Origin: a virus
Lineage: Duplodnaviria > Caudoviricetes
Length of the DNA: 51,175 nucleotides
Reading direction: 5' to 3' (one strand)
Virus record (IMG/VR): IMGVR_UViG_3300020463_000032
Location: 1-51,175 of that record
Positions within the stretch are counted from its first letter, which is position 1. Every line of letters begins with the position of its first letter. A program made the position numbers and the translations under genes. The notes below the pieces were generated by a model that was given only the letters and a program-made list of their open reading frames with translations, was not told the DNA's origin and ran no database searches. Positions 8,565 through 19,600 of the stretch are shown here, in pieces.

Positions 8565-8635
8565 GGGCATTGCGTCGGAGATTTGGTACTCTGGTTATTT
8601 TCATACGCCCGTCAGGTAAACGCATAAAACCTGAC
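8565..8635 (+). ncRNA. Candidate pseudoknotted RNA element
   Basis: GGGC/GCCC encloses CGGAG/CTCTG; then hairpin GTCAGGT/ACCTGAC whose loop ACGCA is complementary to TGCGT (8571-8575). Confidence 0.5.
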
Positions 8636-8644
8636 ACTAAATTT

Positions 8645-8672
8645 AACCCTGAACCCTGAACCCTGAACCCTG
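8645..8672. repeat. (AACCCTG)4 tandem heptamer
   Basis: Four perfect copies; two more at 3913-3926. Confidence 0.95.
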
Positions 8673-8716
8673 ATTCATTTTACAAAAAATAAATTAACTA
8701 ATAACTAAAACTAAAC

Positions 8717-8980
8717 ATGGAAACTATAGCTATAGATAAAACTAAAACTGAAACTAAAACTGAAACTAATAAGTATCTACTTCAATACACCATCACGGTG
8801 CAAATTCCAGTGGAGGCAGAGGATGAGGAAGCAGCTTACGATGAAGCTCATGATACAGATCCTCTCGACTATATTAACGACGTAAGGAATATTGATATTG
8901 AACTCGAAAGAGCGGTCGAGCTTACCGAAGACGAGTGGGCTTGGTGGGCTAGAAAGAGAAAGAAGAGCAGTGCCAAGTAA
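8717..8980 (+). CDS. Hypothetical protein
   Basis: ITVQIPVEAEDEEAAY motif typical of small phage proteins; TAAC-type leader. Confidence 0.8.
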   Translation: METIAIDKTKTETKTETNKYLLQYTITVQIPVEAEDEEAAYDEAHDTDPLDYINDVRNIDIELERAVELTEDEWAWWARKRKKSSAK

Positions 8981-9242
8981 TCACATATCAAACGAACCTT
9001 ATCACGAATGGCTACGTGATAAGGTGAAACGTGATAACGATAAAACCAAACGCGAAACCTTAGCCAAACAAATAAAAGAACTAAATATGGAATCTCAAGT
9101 AGATGTAGTAGAAGAAGAAGTCTCTCAGTTGAGAGAAGCACGTAACGAGTTAGCAGCAATGTTAGCTCACGTATTGGGGTCCAAAGAAAACTTGAAGAAG
9201 TTTTTGGAGGACTGGAATAAAAAGAAATTGACTAGTCAATAA
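8970..9242 (+). CDS. Coiled-coil hypothetical protein
   Basis: In frame with track ORF 8892..9242; GTG at 8970 gives a short overlap and is the likelier start. Confidence 0.7.
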   Translation: MPSNHISNEPYHEWLRDKVKRDNDKTKRETLAKQIKELNMESQVDVVEEEVSQLREARNELAAMLAHVLGSKENLKKFLEDWNKKKLTSQ

Positions 9243-9297
9243 TACATTATATATTAATTATAACTTAACCCTAAATTCATTTATTAAAAAAGTAATT

Positions 9298-9759
9298 ATG
9301 ACACCCTTAACTAAAGCAGTACATCGGGTGGTAGTGATCGAAGATCAGGAGTATATAGCTTCTCTCGTCCCTGCCACGGAAAAGCAGCCCGCAGCCTTCA
9401 CACTTCGTAAGAAGAAACATCGATCCTTGTCATCTTGGATTGCTATGGATGATTCACTTGTGGATCATGCTGATGATGAAGAAGCTGAAGCTGAGTACGA
9501 ACCCATAACACAAGCGGAGAAATCCGCGCAACACGTAGCTAAACGATTAGCCGTTCAGTTGGCTCTTAATAATGCTAGAGAGAATGATCTAATCCATCCG
9601 AAGGACTTGGAGATGTGGTCCAAATATTCGTACCCAAAATTCTTGGAAGCGTGGGCTCGCTATAAAACAGCGTTAGCTTTTCACAAAGATCCTGCGCTTA
9701 TCAAGATTGTTTGGGGAAAGAATAACGAGATCGTAGTCTATTGTCCTGAGTTTGTATAA
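9298..9759 (+). CDS. Hypothetical protein
   Basis: 153-aa ORF with TAACTTAACC leader at 9261. Confidence 0.8.
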   Translation: MTPLTKAVHRVVVIEDQEYIASLVPATEKQPAAFTLRKKKHRSLSSWIAMDDSLVDHADDEEAEAEYEPITQAEKSAQHVAKRLAVQLALNNARENDLIHPKDLEMWSKYSYPKFLEAWARYKTALAFHKDPALIKIVWGKNNEIVVYCPEFV

Positions 9760-9961
9760 GATGAGGATTATTAGACAAGTGTTTCCGCAAGGACATCCGA
9801 TCATTGTGGATGCACAACTGGATGATGACAACGGGGTCGTACAAGACTCCGTTGTTATTTATCCAATACTCCCTGACGGAATAATAGGGGAACCTATCTT
9901 CAGTAAGGAGGACCCTGAAACAAAAATATTAGACGAAATTATTAACGACCTGTTAGAATAA
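9752..9961 (+). CDS. Hypothetical protein
   Basis: Coupled ORF; ATG at 9761 is an alternative start. Confidence 0.7.
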   Translation: MYKMRIIRQVFPQGHPIIVDAQLDDDNGVVQDSVVIYPILPDGIIGEPIFSKEDPETKILDEIINDLLE

Positions 9962-9967
9962 AAATAA

Positions 9968-10294
9968 ATGCAGTTAACTTACAAAATATCACCGCAAGCT
10001 ATCGCGAAAGCGATCAGTAAAGTCTCTGGATTTTCAGTTTATGAACTGAGGAACGAAGGACATTCACATACACTCGCCCAGTGGAGACACTTGGGAATGT
10101 ACTTGGCCCGTGAATCGGGAATGACGTACGTTGAAGCGGGTGAAGTATTCAATCGCCACTTCTCAACAGCACTGACATCACATAGGAAAGTCAAGAAATC
10201 CTTGGATGATCCTCAGATAGCAGATGCTTTAGGACAAATTAAAAACTTTTTGGATAAAGAAAATAAAGACGATGGAAATCAAGAGATTCTATAA
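9968..10294 (+). CDS. Stand-alone DnaA domain IV-like HTH protein
   Basis: RHLGMYLARE-SGMTYVEAGEVF-NRHFSTALTSHRKV parallels the DnaA C-terminal signature RQIAMYLxRE...IGxxFGGRDHTTV. Confidence 0.8.
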   Translation: MQLTYKISPQAIAKAISKVSGFSVYELRNEGHSHTLAQWRHLGMYLARESGMTYVEAGEVFNRHFSTALTSHRKVKKSLDDPQIADALGQIKNFLDKENKDDGNQEIL

Positions 10295-10478
10295 GACAGA
10301 CAGAGGCCCGTACAGCAGCATCTTTTTAATGCACACTGTAGACGCAATGCCTCAGTACAAAGTATATGCAGTGTCTCCTGAAGACCCTACCGAAGTTATC
10401 TACGAAGGTAAGGACAGGAAAGAAGCAAACAATAGTTTTGAGAAACTAGTTTCGAAGTACACTTTACAAGCTCACTAA
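10272..10478 (+). CDS. Hypothetical protein
   Basis: Last + strand ORF of the early block. Confidence 0.7.
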   Translation: MEIKRFYKTDRGPYSSIFLMHTVDAMPQYKVYAVSPEDPTEVIYEGKDRKEANNSFEKLVSKYTLQAH

Positions 10479-10480
10479 AC

Positions 10481-10508
10481 TTGACGAATATATTTTGCTT
10501 GGTATACT
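10481..10508 (+). promoter_or_regulatory. Strong sigma70-type promoter with no downstream ORF
   Basis: TTGACG-16 bp-TATACT with extended -10 TG at 10500-10501. Confidence 0.75.
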
Positions 10509-10513
10509 TAACT

Positions 10514-10602
10514 TACTTGGCGTAGTCAATGTTCCATTGGTTAAGTTAGGTTAAGTTAAGGTCCCCCTCCTTCTACATCACGTAGAGGGAGGGGGTTTTT
10601 TT
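10514..10602 (+). ncRNA. Candidate ~90-nt small RNA antisense to early-gene leaders
   Basis: Between promoter and terminator; contains TTCCATTGGTTAAGTTAGGTTAAGTTAAGG, the reverse complement of the TAACTTAAC leader motif plus ATGGAA. Confidence 0.7.
10563..10602 (+). terminator. Intrinsic terminator
   Basis: 14-bp stem CCCCCTCCTTCTAC/GTAGAGGGAGGGGG followed by T7. Confidence 0.9.
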
Positions 10603-10606
10603 GTGT

Positions 10607-13600
10607 TTACGGATCTACCGATAGGAACCTTGGGTACTTATTCAACTCAGCTTGGAAGTCTCGGAGTCTTTGGATATGGGTCTCTCCTTTTCTAGCCATA
10701 CTTTCGATCAATGGCATAGGCAATGACGGTCTATCCATGACTCCTTTGGCGAGTAGCAACTGGACTCGTCTCTTACTCATCCCCCTTCGGAGACTGATGT
10801 TATAGATCTCCTCTCTAGGTAAGCCTTGCCTTTCAAAAGATCTGTACAACTGAATGAGGTGAGCGTTGACTCTTCGTCTTCCCTCTATTTCTTTTTTTGC
10901 TAAAGAAGTTATATCCGCTTTGGTCATTACCCTGTCAGTTAACATTTTATATTTGTTTGAGTTGATCCTGTCGAACTCACCTTTCCTCTTCTCTACAAAT
11001 TGAGATAACCTGACATCAAACTCAATCGGATAAGTCGTTGCGGGTTTAAACTGTCCGATGATATTTGATATAATTTCAGGAGCCTTAGTGATGTCAAACC
11101 CATCTTTGAATATCGCTCTGTCCTCTAACAGTTTGGTAAGAGTTGGAGGAGTGTAAGCTTCATTCAATACATACTTAATAGACTTCGTAAATTTATCATG
11201 GAGCAGATCATTCTCTTCGTAGATAGGCTCTTGTTTCTTTGGGTCGAAGTTTGTTGTGCTGTTTAAGAAAGCCCTCATGAATATTTGCTGATCAAGAAAT
11301 TCACCTAGCGTACCTTTCACTAAACTCTCTACCGTTTTGGAAGTATTGCCGTGAACGAGATGCTCCATCGCCCTTAGTGAAGGGTCAGTTAACATCGAGT
11401 ATGGGTTAATGAAAGTTAAAGAGAAGTTCCTTCTCTCCTTAGTAAGAGGATTTGTATAGTACACGAGTGATTGATTCTGCATATACGGTGGCAACGTATC
11501 ACGAAGAGCTTCGTCATCATCGTAGAATACACCTTGTAGAAGTCTCGTAGTGATGGGAAGTATGACTGAAGATACTCCAGTAACAAACCCAATACCTGCT
11601 AGTCTTCTTCGTCCACGTTTTCTAATAACAGGGTTACTGTCTTTAGATTCCTTCATGGCTAAGTTCCACGTATTGAAATATGTTCTGATAACCTCACCTT
11701 TGAATCGAAGGAAAGGCGCGAACATAACTCCGAAGGTATGCCCCTGAAGTCCAGTGATAATAGGAGGAGCTTGAGAATATGTTTGAGAAGTCATGACAAC
11801 TTTCTCGGCTGCTAATCTCTTTAGTTCATAATCAGTTTTGGCAGCATAAAAATCTTGCTTGCCGTTCTTGCGAGAAGACTCTCTTGCATCGATGAGATAA
11901 CTAAGTTCGTGCTCGAACAAAGCTATCTTGTAGAAAGCATCAACGATAGCCGAAAGTTCTTTAGCCTTACCCCATGTTTTCTCATTAGCTTTCTCAGCTA
12001 ACTCTTTGCCTTTACGAGAAATGCTCTTGCCCTCTTCGTTCTCTAGCCTTGAAAGATTTTTTTCAAAATCATTTAAGACTGTTTCTGGAGAGGCCTGTCC
12101 ACTGAGGAGCTCTTCAATTAGCTTGGGCCTAATCTCGTTTCCGATAACATCAAGAGCTATCAGTTCTGTATAGTATGCATTAGACTTTTCTTGACGTATT
12201 CCTCTTCGATTTAATTCGGTCATCAAACTGTCTGTCATCTTCCCGAATCCAACGAAACCATTCGCGGGACCGAAGTAGAAAGCGTTTGATATTACGTTTC
12301 TTACATAGAAACCAATGTTACCTAAAGTCTTAGCTCCCAGAGATAAGCCTGTTATTCTAGCCATCAACTTAAAGGAACCACTCGCTATTTTTTCTGCGTC
12401 GTTCGCAGTCTCTTGAGTAGGCGGACTGAGTACACTCATCAAGCCATCAACCATTTCAGCGGGAGCAAAGAGTTGAACGTTCTTTGGTTCACCATCGACC
12501 TCGACCTCAAAGTTTCTGAATGGGTCATAAGCTTCTGTTCCTCCTGCTCTGATTTGTTTGTACCTACTTCCACCATACTCATCTATATTTTCTAGTCTCT
12601 TTTTCTTGAGTTCATCCTTTGTAAGTATCCACTCGTTTCCTTTTCTGCGTCCAACCTCTAATAAGTTTTTCATGAACGCTTGGTTCGATGCCATCATACC
12701 AACGCTGAGATAAGTACGTAGAAGATTCTTGAACCCTGCACCCTCGTCAGTTTCCTCTCCAAGCAGAGCCCTGATTGATTCATCAATATCTCTTTTCTTT
12801 TTCAACTGATTTATCAGAGGACTAGCAAAGGATTCAACAGCTTCGGGTCCTACTATCAAGTTATTTGCGTCCTTATCTTTATAACTATGAAGGAAAGAAA
12901 GCATCATTGACCTACCTAAGTCTTTGTTGTCGCTAAGTTCTTTCTTAGCTAGTGCGGTAGCTTCGGATTCTTCTTTACCATCTTTTATGAAGGCTTTAAT
13001 ACGCGCTTGTTTGTAGGTTTCTTCAAAATACTTAGCAGCATTATTCCTCACGGTTTCGAAGTTAGGATCTTTGGTAACTTTATCCAACCACCCTGCTTCA
13101 TTGAACATCTTATATGATCGGGTTATGTATATCCCTAAGTTGCTATCTATGGTAGCACTTAGATCTACGTCCACATTGTAGAGTTCTTTAAGTTTAATTG
13201 ATAGAGTGTCAACGATATCACGTATAGCTTTGAGCTCATTAACAAAGTCAGGAGATACCTTTTCCAGTTGAGTTAAGGCAGCGTCCTTTTTCTTTCTAAT
13301 GATTTCTTTTTGAACGTCTTCTTGTTTGCGGATGTCGTTCTTGTATTTGTTTGTAACATCCTCAAGAAGTGTTTTCTTTTCTTCTTCGGTGATCTCTTTA
13401 CGTTTAGCTCTTGCAATTATGTCCGCTTTTCTGGACTTGTGTTGCAGCTTCATTGAATCTTTGATATCATCAGGTATCGAGACGACTTCCGAAGACCCCG
13501 TAGCTTCAGATATCAATTCGTATGGTATACTAAATCCTTTATCAATAAAGTCTTTATCAAGTACCTTCCTTAACTCAATCGATCTTAGGTTAACATCATT

Positions 13601-16600
13601 CTGAACAGCACGGTTGAACGCTTCCCGTTGTTCGAACATACGCCTGACTCGGATATCAAGAGACCCAGTCATGGCGACTTTAAATTTACGCCACCAAGAA
13701 TCCTTACGTTTATCTGAATCATACACACCGTCCTCGTAAACAGGAGCTTCTAACATTTTCTCCAAGCTATCAACAGTGATACCTCCCGCAGAGTAAGTGT
13801 ACCCTGATATTGTTTTATCAGTAGCACCGAGCTCAGAGTACAAGAACGAATCCATTGTCGGATCAAACCTATCAGTCAAAGGAATTATATTCCCATCCTC
13901 ATCGTAAGTTACAGGATCGGATAACTTTATTTGTTCGGGTGTGAGTACAACTGTTATGGTAGCATCTTCCCCACTGTTTGTTACAAAATCAGCAGTCAAA
14001 GCATCTATACCAGTAACTTCTTTGAGAGCTTGGTGATAATATTTAGCGTATATACCACTACCGTTCATCTCTCCAAGCTGTTCGGCTATTGTTTCATTTT
14101 GAACAGGATCAGAAATCATTTCAACAGCGGCCTCTATGCTCCCAAAGTTGGCTACAAAAGTATCATTGATACTTGCTTCAGGATCTTCTTTTAGCATATC
14201 TTGAAACTCCAACTCGTTTACTCTTTCAAGTACGGGTCTCAGTTCCTCTGCCGAAAGAGGGGCGGAGTCATGAGGGCGTGGGTTGTTTACTTTCAGATAC
14301 GCAGAAAGAATTCTTCCTCTAAACTTACCTACGCGAGTATATCCCTCCGCAACTGTTTGTGATTTTGTGAAATAAAAACCTGTTCCATATTGAAAACCTG
14401 TACCGAATCCTATCTTACTGTAAGAGAATGCATCGAAATCAGCGGGGGTTCCGTGGAACAGAGGACCAACAGTGTACCCTGTAGCTTCCGCTGCTCGCTT
14501 CACTAACTGCTGAAGTACTTCTTTATTTCCTTCAGGATCTTGAGCCAACTCCATGTACCTATCGTTGGTAGCACCGAGTTCAGAGTATAAGATAGAATCT
14601 TTAGTTGTATCGAAGCGTTGTGATAAAGGTATCACTTCACCCGTGCTATCATAAGTTACAGGGTCTGCTGACTTTATGTTCTCTGGTTTATTGAGTATAA
14701 CATACTGCTCACCTGTAATATCCTTTTCACCGCTTACCCATTCGTCTTTACCAACAACAATACTATCACGCCCTTTAGCCTGTAGTCCTTCAAAGAACTC
14801 AGATTGATTATTCGGTTTAAATCTTTCCTCTGCAAAGGTCTTCCAAAAGTCAGGGTAGACTTCAGGGTTTTTCATTTTTAGATAAGCCTTAACTACTTTA
14901 GGCTCCTTCTTTTTGTACTCTTCAAACAAACCATCCTCATTCTCTTCGCCCATGAATGGGTAATCATCAATGAGATCTGCCTTCTGCTCTTCACTCCAGT
15001 TGTGATAACCAACGGCTGCTCTTTCGTTGTCCGCGAAAAAGAAAGCTCCCATCTCCCCTAAAGTTTTATCGGCTTGGAATATATCTATCTCCTCTGGACC
15101 CGCGTGATATCTAGGCTTGGTAATAAATCCTGCTTCTTTTGCAGCTTTGTCTACCATAGCCTGTAGTTCTTTTTGATTTCTTTGAGGGTTCTCAGCTAAC
15201 TTTAAGTACTCTCTATCAGTAGCACCGAGTTCAGAGTACAGTAGCTCCTCAACCTGTTCTTCTGTTAATGTCTCAGACTCTAAAGATTCACCCGCTGCTA
15301 CCCTTAACTCAGGCTGTCTGTCTGTGAGGTTACCACTAAGAATATCTTTTTTGTCGAAGGCAATTTTTTGAACAACATTAACATCGTTACCTGCATAATA
15401 TTTCAACACATAATCTTTTCGATTAGAGATAAAGAAACCATTAGTCATCTTTATAGGGCCTTCGAGGGGAGTGGACTGTCTAGAATCTGCACCAGAAACA
15501 GCTCTGCCATCTACAAGCCGAGATACTCTATATCCAACAAGCCTACCATCTTCTAACGTCTCGAACTGATTACCACCGAGTTCACTCCGTAAGGTTGTCA
15601 TATCTATAAGATCCTCACGAGTTGTTTCTGCTATCCTAATTTGAGAAGGATCAAATACGACCCAAGTACCAGAGCCCTCGTAATGAATCGCATCGTACCC
15701 ACTTAATTGTGAAACTAATTTAGTAACTCCTTCTTCTCCTACAGCCTCTATGTCTTCTTTAATTTTTTGAAACTTAGGGTTTACGTTAGCTAACTGGTTT
15801 ACCACCATACCAAACATTTGTGCTTGTGCTAAATACATTACAGGAGTCTCGTTAACCCTAAGTAAGTTAGCTTCTTCGTTTGTTAACTTATATTTAGCCC
15901 TTAAACCTTTAACTAACTCGTTGAAGAAAACTTCATTGTTACCTATGCCTTCCATAGCCCTTCTCGGAGTTGTAAAAACTTTATTAGCCTTCAGAAAGAC
16001 ATCATACATTTGTCCTTCTTTACCTTTGTCAATCTCAGCTAACTTAGAATCTTCAGTTTTAAAATAAAAACCAAAGCCTCCTCCGATATTCTTCCTATTG
16101 TAATCTCCAACAGACTTAACACCTTCGCTTTCAGCACCGTTAAATACTCTGACAAGATCACCTTCAACTAAATGATTGTTTCGAATTGCCTCGGCCTCGA
16201 TCAGCTTTTTAGTTTGTGGGACACTATAGTCAGCATCTTTCAATGACCTATTGAAATGTTCTTTAGATCCTACGACAACTGAGTTAGATGGATTAGGGTA
16301 CGCAACTGAATCTCTTGGGTTGCCCGTTAAGTTACCTAAAGTGATGTGGTATATCCTTTGCTTATCAGGAGAAGGTTCTCCTAGTATATACTTTTCTACA
16401 AAATTATTTAAGACTTCTTGTTCGACAACTCTTCGTACTAATGACTGCCTAAGCGTACCGTCTGGTTGTATTTGTGATACAATTTCGGGAGCGTGGAACG
16501 TGAGGTTAGGAAGTACTGCTGTAGTACTCTCCCCTAAACGACGGAAAGCTTCGCCTAATATATCAGTTTTGCCTTGCGCTTCTCTGCCTTGAACAAAAGC

Positions 16601-19600
16601 TTGATTCAGCAATGTGATGTGTATGTCTCCTTCTGCTAAAGGAACGAAGTTATTAGATCCAAAATTAAAGTTCTCTTGTTCTTGTTTAGCTAATTCAGTA
16701 AGTGTGTCCGACTTAAACATATAAATGCCTGTCTTAAAAACCTTACCTTTTGTAACTCCTTTGTTAAGGTTAAGAGCATCAATATCAAAAGGACCTATGT
16801 CAGCTAGTCTTAGTTCCTGCCCTCCTCTATCAATCTTGCGATTGTTGCCCTTCATATCAGAGAACGTCTGAGCGAGAGGGATTAACTCGGCTATAGTAAG
16901 ATCAACTACATTCGCAGTAACAGAAGCATCTGGTCTGGTTAGCATGATCTGACCGTATCTATGATTGCCATCAAGAATAAATCCATCAGAACTCATTATT
17001 GAAAACGGTTCTTGGAGAACTTTATCGGTAGCTTCCTGCATATTGAAGTGCTTTTGCATAGCGTACCAAACTGTTTTAGGAAAAAACAATTCAGTCTGAT
17101 ATGGTTTCATATCTGCTACAGGAACTTCCTTTTGCTCAACGCTTACTGGTCTTTCTAAACTTTCACTCAAGAATGTACCGAACTCCTCTACTTGTTGAGG
17201 CTGAACGATAGGCATTTCTTCTCTCGAAGTATCACCTATTTGATCTCTAGTATCTGAGAGGATAGCTTTAAGAGCGTCATAATTAGCTTCGAACTCTGGA
17301 ACCTCATCAAGGAATGATCTAGATAAACCCATATCGTCGAGTTTACCCTGAGCCCTGATCGATGCATCCTTAGCTGATGTATCAAGAACCCTGTCTGTCT
17401 CTGGTCCTGCCTCTATCGGAGCTCCAGTTATTCCCAAACTTGTGAACATTAACTCTGTTCTTCCTTCGTCAAAACGAAGGTCAAGCGGAACGACTTGTGT
17501 TTCATAACGAAGACTTCCATCTTCCCTATCCTCTTTAGGGTTTAGGGACTGTTTAAAAGTAATTGATTCGGCAGACTTTATATCGTTCGCTTCGAATACA
17601 GCGATACTTCTACTGTATTGTGGAGCGACTTCCTGATCAGGTAAAGTTTCTCTTTCATAATAACCTCCGTAACCAAACTTTCTAAGGTACTCAGCTAGGT
17701 TAAGGATATTGTACTCAGAGATGTACTCCATGTTAGTTACATCATAATGAGTGAACACACTATAAACGCCCTGCTTGATCTTACTCCTTAGCATGGACTC
17801 ATTAAACTCGCCTCTTTTAATAGCGGCTTTAACTTCGTCCTCTTGTTTTAGTTTATTTATAACTTCATCTACTTCGGAATTATTTTCATGATCAAAAAGT
17901 TTTAAGTCTCTTTTAAGATACCAACGATGTACAATTATATCTTCTGCGGATTCTTGTTGAGCTATAGCAGCTATTTGTTGGGCATCGACTCTGTCTTCGC
18001 TAACAAAAGCCGCTATAGAATTGTGCCTAGATTGTGGCGTATCTATATTATACACGGGGCTTCCGTGATAATATACTATGTCCGTATCATATCCTTTAGC
18101 CTCTGCTGCCTTTTTTACTAAAGAGTTTAATTCTGCTATGGTTTGACCATTCTCAGTGATCCAATCATCTACAATAAGTGATTTAACTTTGCGGTTGGTC
18201 TCTTCGTCTACTATAACCTCATCATAAAAGTTGCCTCGTGCAATACGCTCTTCCAGTGAATCGTTAAGTAAATCCTCAAGATTGTTGTTACCTGAGTCAC
18301 CTGTTAAGATGAGCTTACGGTACTGCTTGTTATCAGCTCCTAATTCTGATCTAAGGACTCCAGTGTCCTCAAATTCAGGAGAACCGTAATCGCTTAGTCT
18401 TGAAGTAGCTCTCCGCCCAGCAAAGAATAAACCTCTTCTAGCAATAGATCTCTTTTGTGCTCCCGTTCCAACTTGGGCCTCGCCTCTTTCAACGAGTCCA
18501 CTGTCTGGGGTTCCAAGCCATAAAGGTCTGGGAATTCCTTGTCCAAGGATTTTATTTCTTGCTTGCTCAGGTTCATTTTGTTTCCATATATTCTCACGAG
18601 ATTCTACATAATTCAAGTCGGATCTTACATTCTTAGGGTACATCGCTCTAATAGCTTCCCATGTTATAGACTGTAGCTGATAAGGGCTAATTCCTAGCTC
18701 TTTAGCTGCTTTCCTGTAAGCATCAACATAAATATGGTATGTCCCTTGCATACCATAGACACTATTCTGACTGGAGCCCTCCCCGAAGTTATGTTTAACA
18801 GCAATAGCTTTCGTAGAATAAGGCATCAGGAACGCAGCAGCAACAGCGTGTGTGTCTATGGTTACATCTCCCTTTAAACTATTCGGGCTAACTATATTAT
18901 TATAAAAGTTTCTAACTTTATGGTAGTTCCCTAATGACTCACTAATGTTTTCAAGTGATCCATCATCAAGCATTGATAAAGCTTTAGCCGTTTCGTCAGA
19001 ACTACCCCACGCATTTGTTTTTATATCACCATCAACATTCATGTAAGGAGAATTAGGATCTCCTTCAGGATCTACATTAGAAACTCCTTTACCAAATAAA
19101 GTTTCAGCTATCAATCGAGCTGCCCAACCTCTTTGTTCGGGGTCTGTTAGATCTTTAAACCGTTTACCTTTAAGTTTATTAAGATCTTTAGCTCTCTCAG
19201 CTCTTGCTCTGGCATTTAACTGATCTTTTACCTTCTTAGGTTTACCTTGTAACTGGCGTTTAGGAGCTGTTGCTTTCGCTATGGTCTCTTCAAGGGTTCC
19301 TAGAAAAGACGCTGAGTCCATTCTATAGTTTTGGTAATTACTCCACACCTCTATAACCTGCTCTGCTTGAGCTAAGTTAAGGAACCAATCTTTTTGAGGA
19401 CTTAGTGCAGCCATTACACCCGCAACTTGTTGAGGTGTAATATTATATTTTTTACTTAATGAATTAGCGACTCTGTTAGCTCCCTGATACCACCGCTTAG
19501 AGCGTTCTCTAACTTCAGGAGGAACTACATTGTATAAAGCTTTTAAATTATCCGAAGACCAATCCCTAAGTATTTCAGCTCTTCTTATTGGATCGGATTC

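Noticed and set aside
10526-10561. Minus-strand leader motif followed by ATG as an extra gene
   Set aside because: Reads only Met-Glu-His-stop; promoter and U-tailed terminator both point to + strand transcription.
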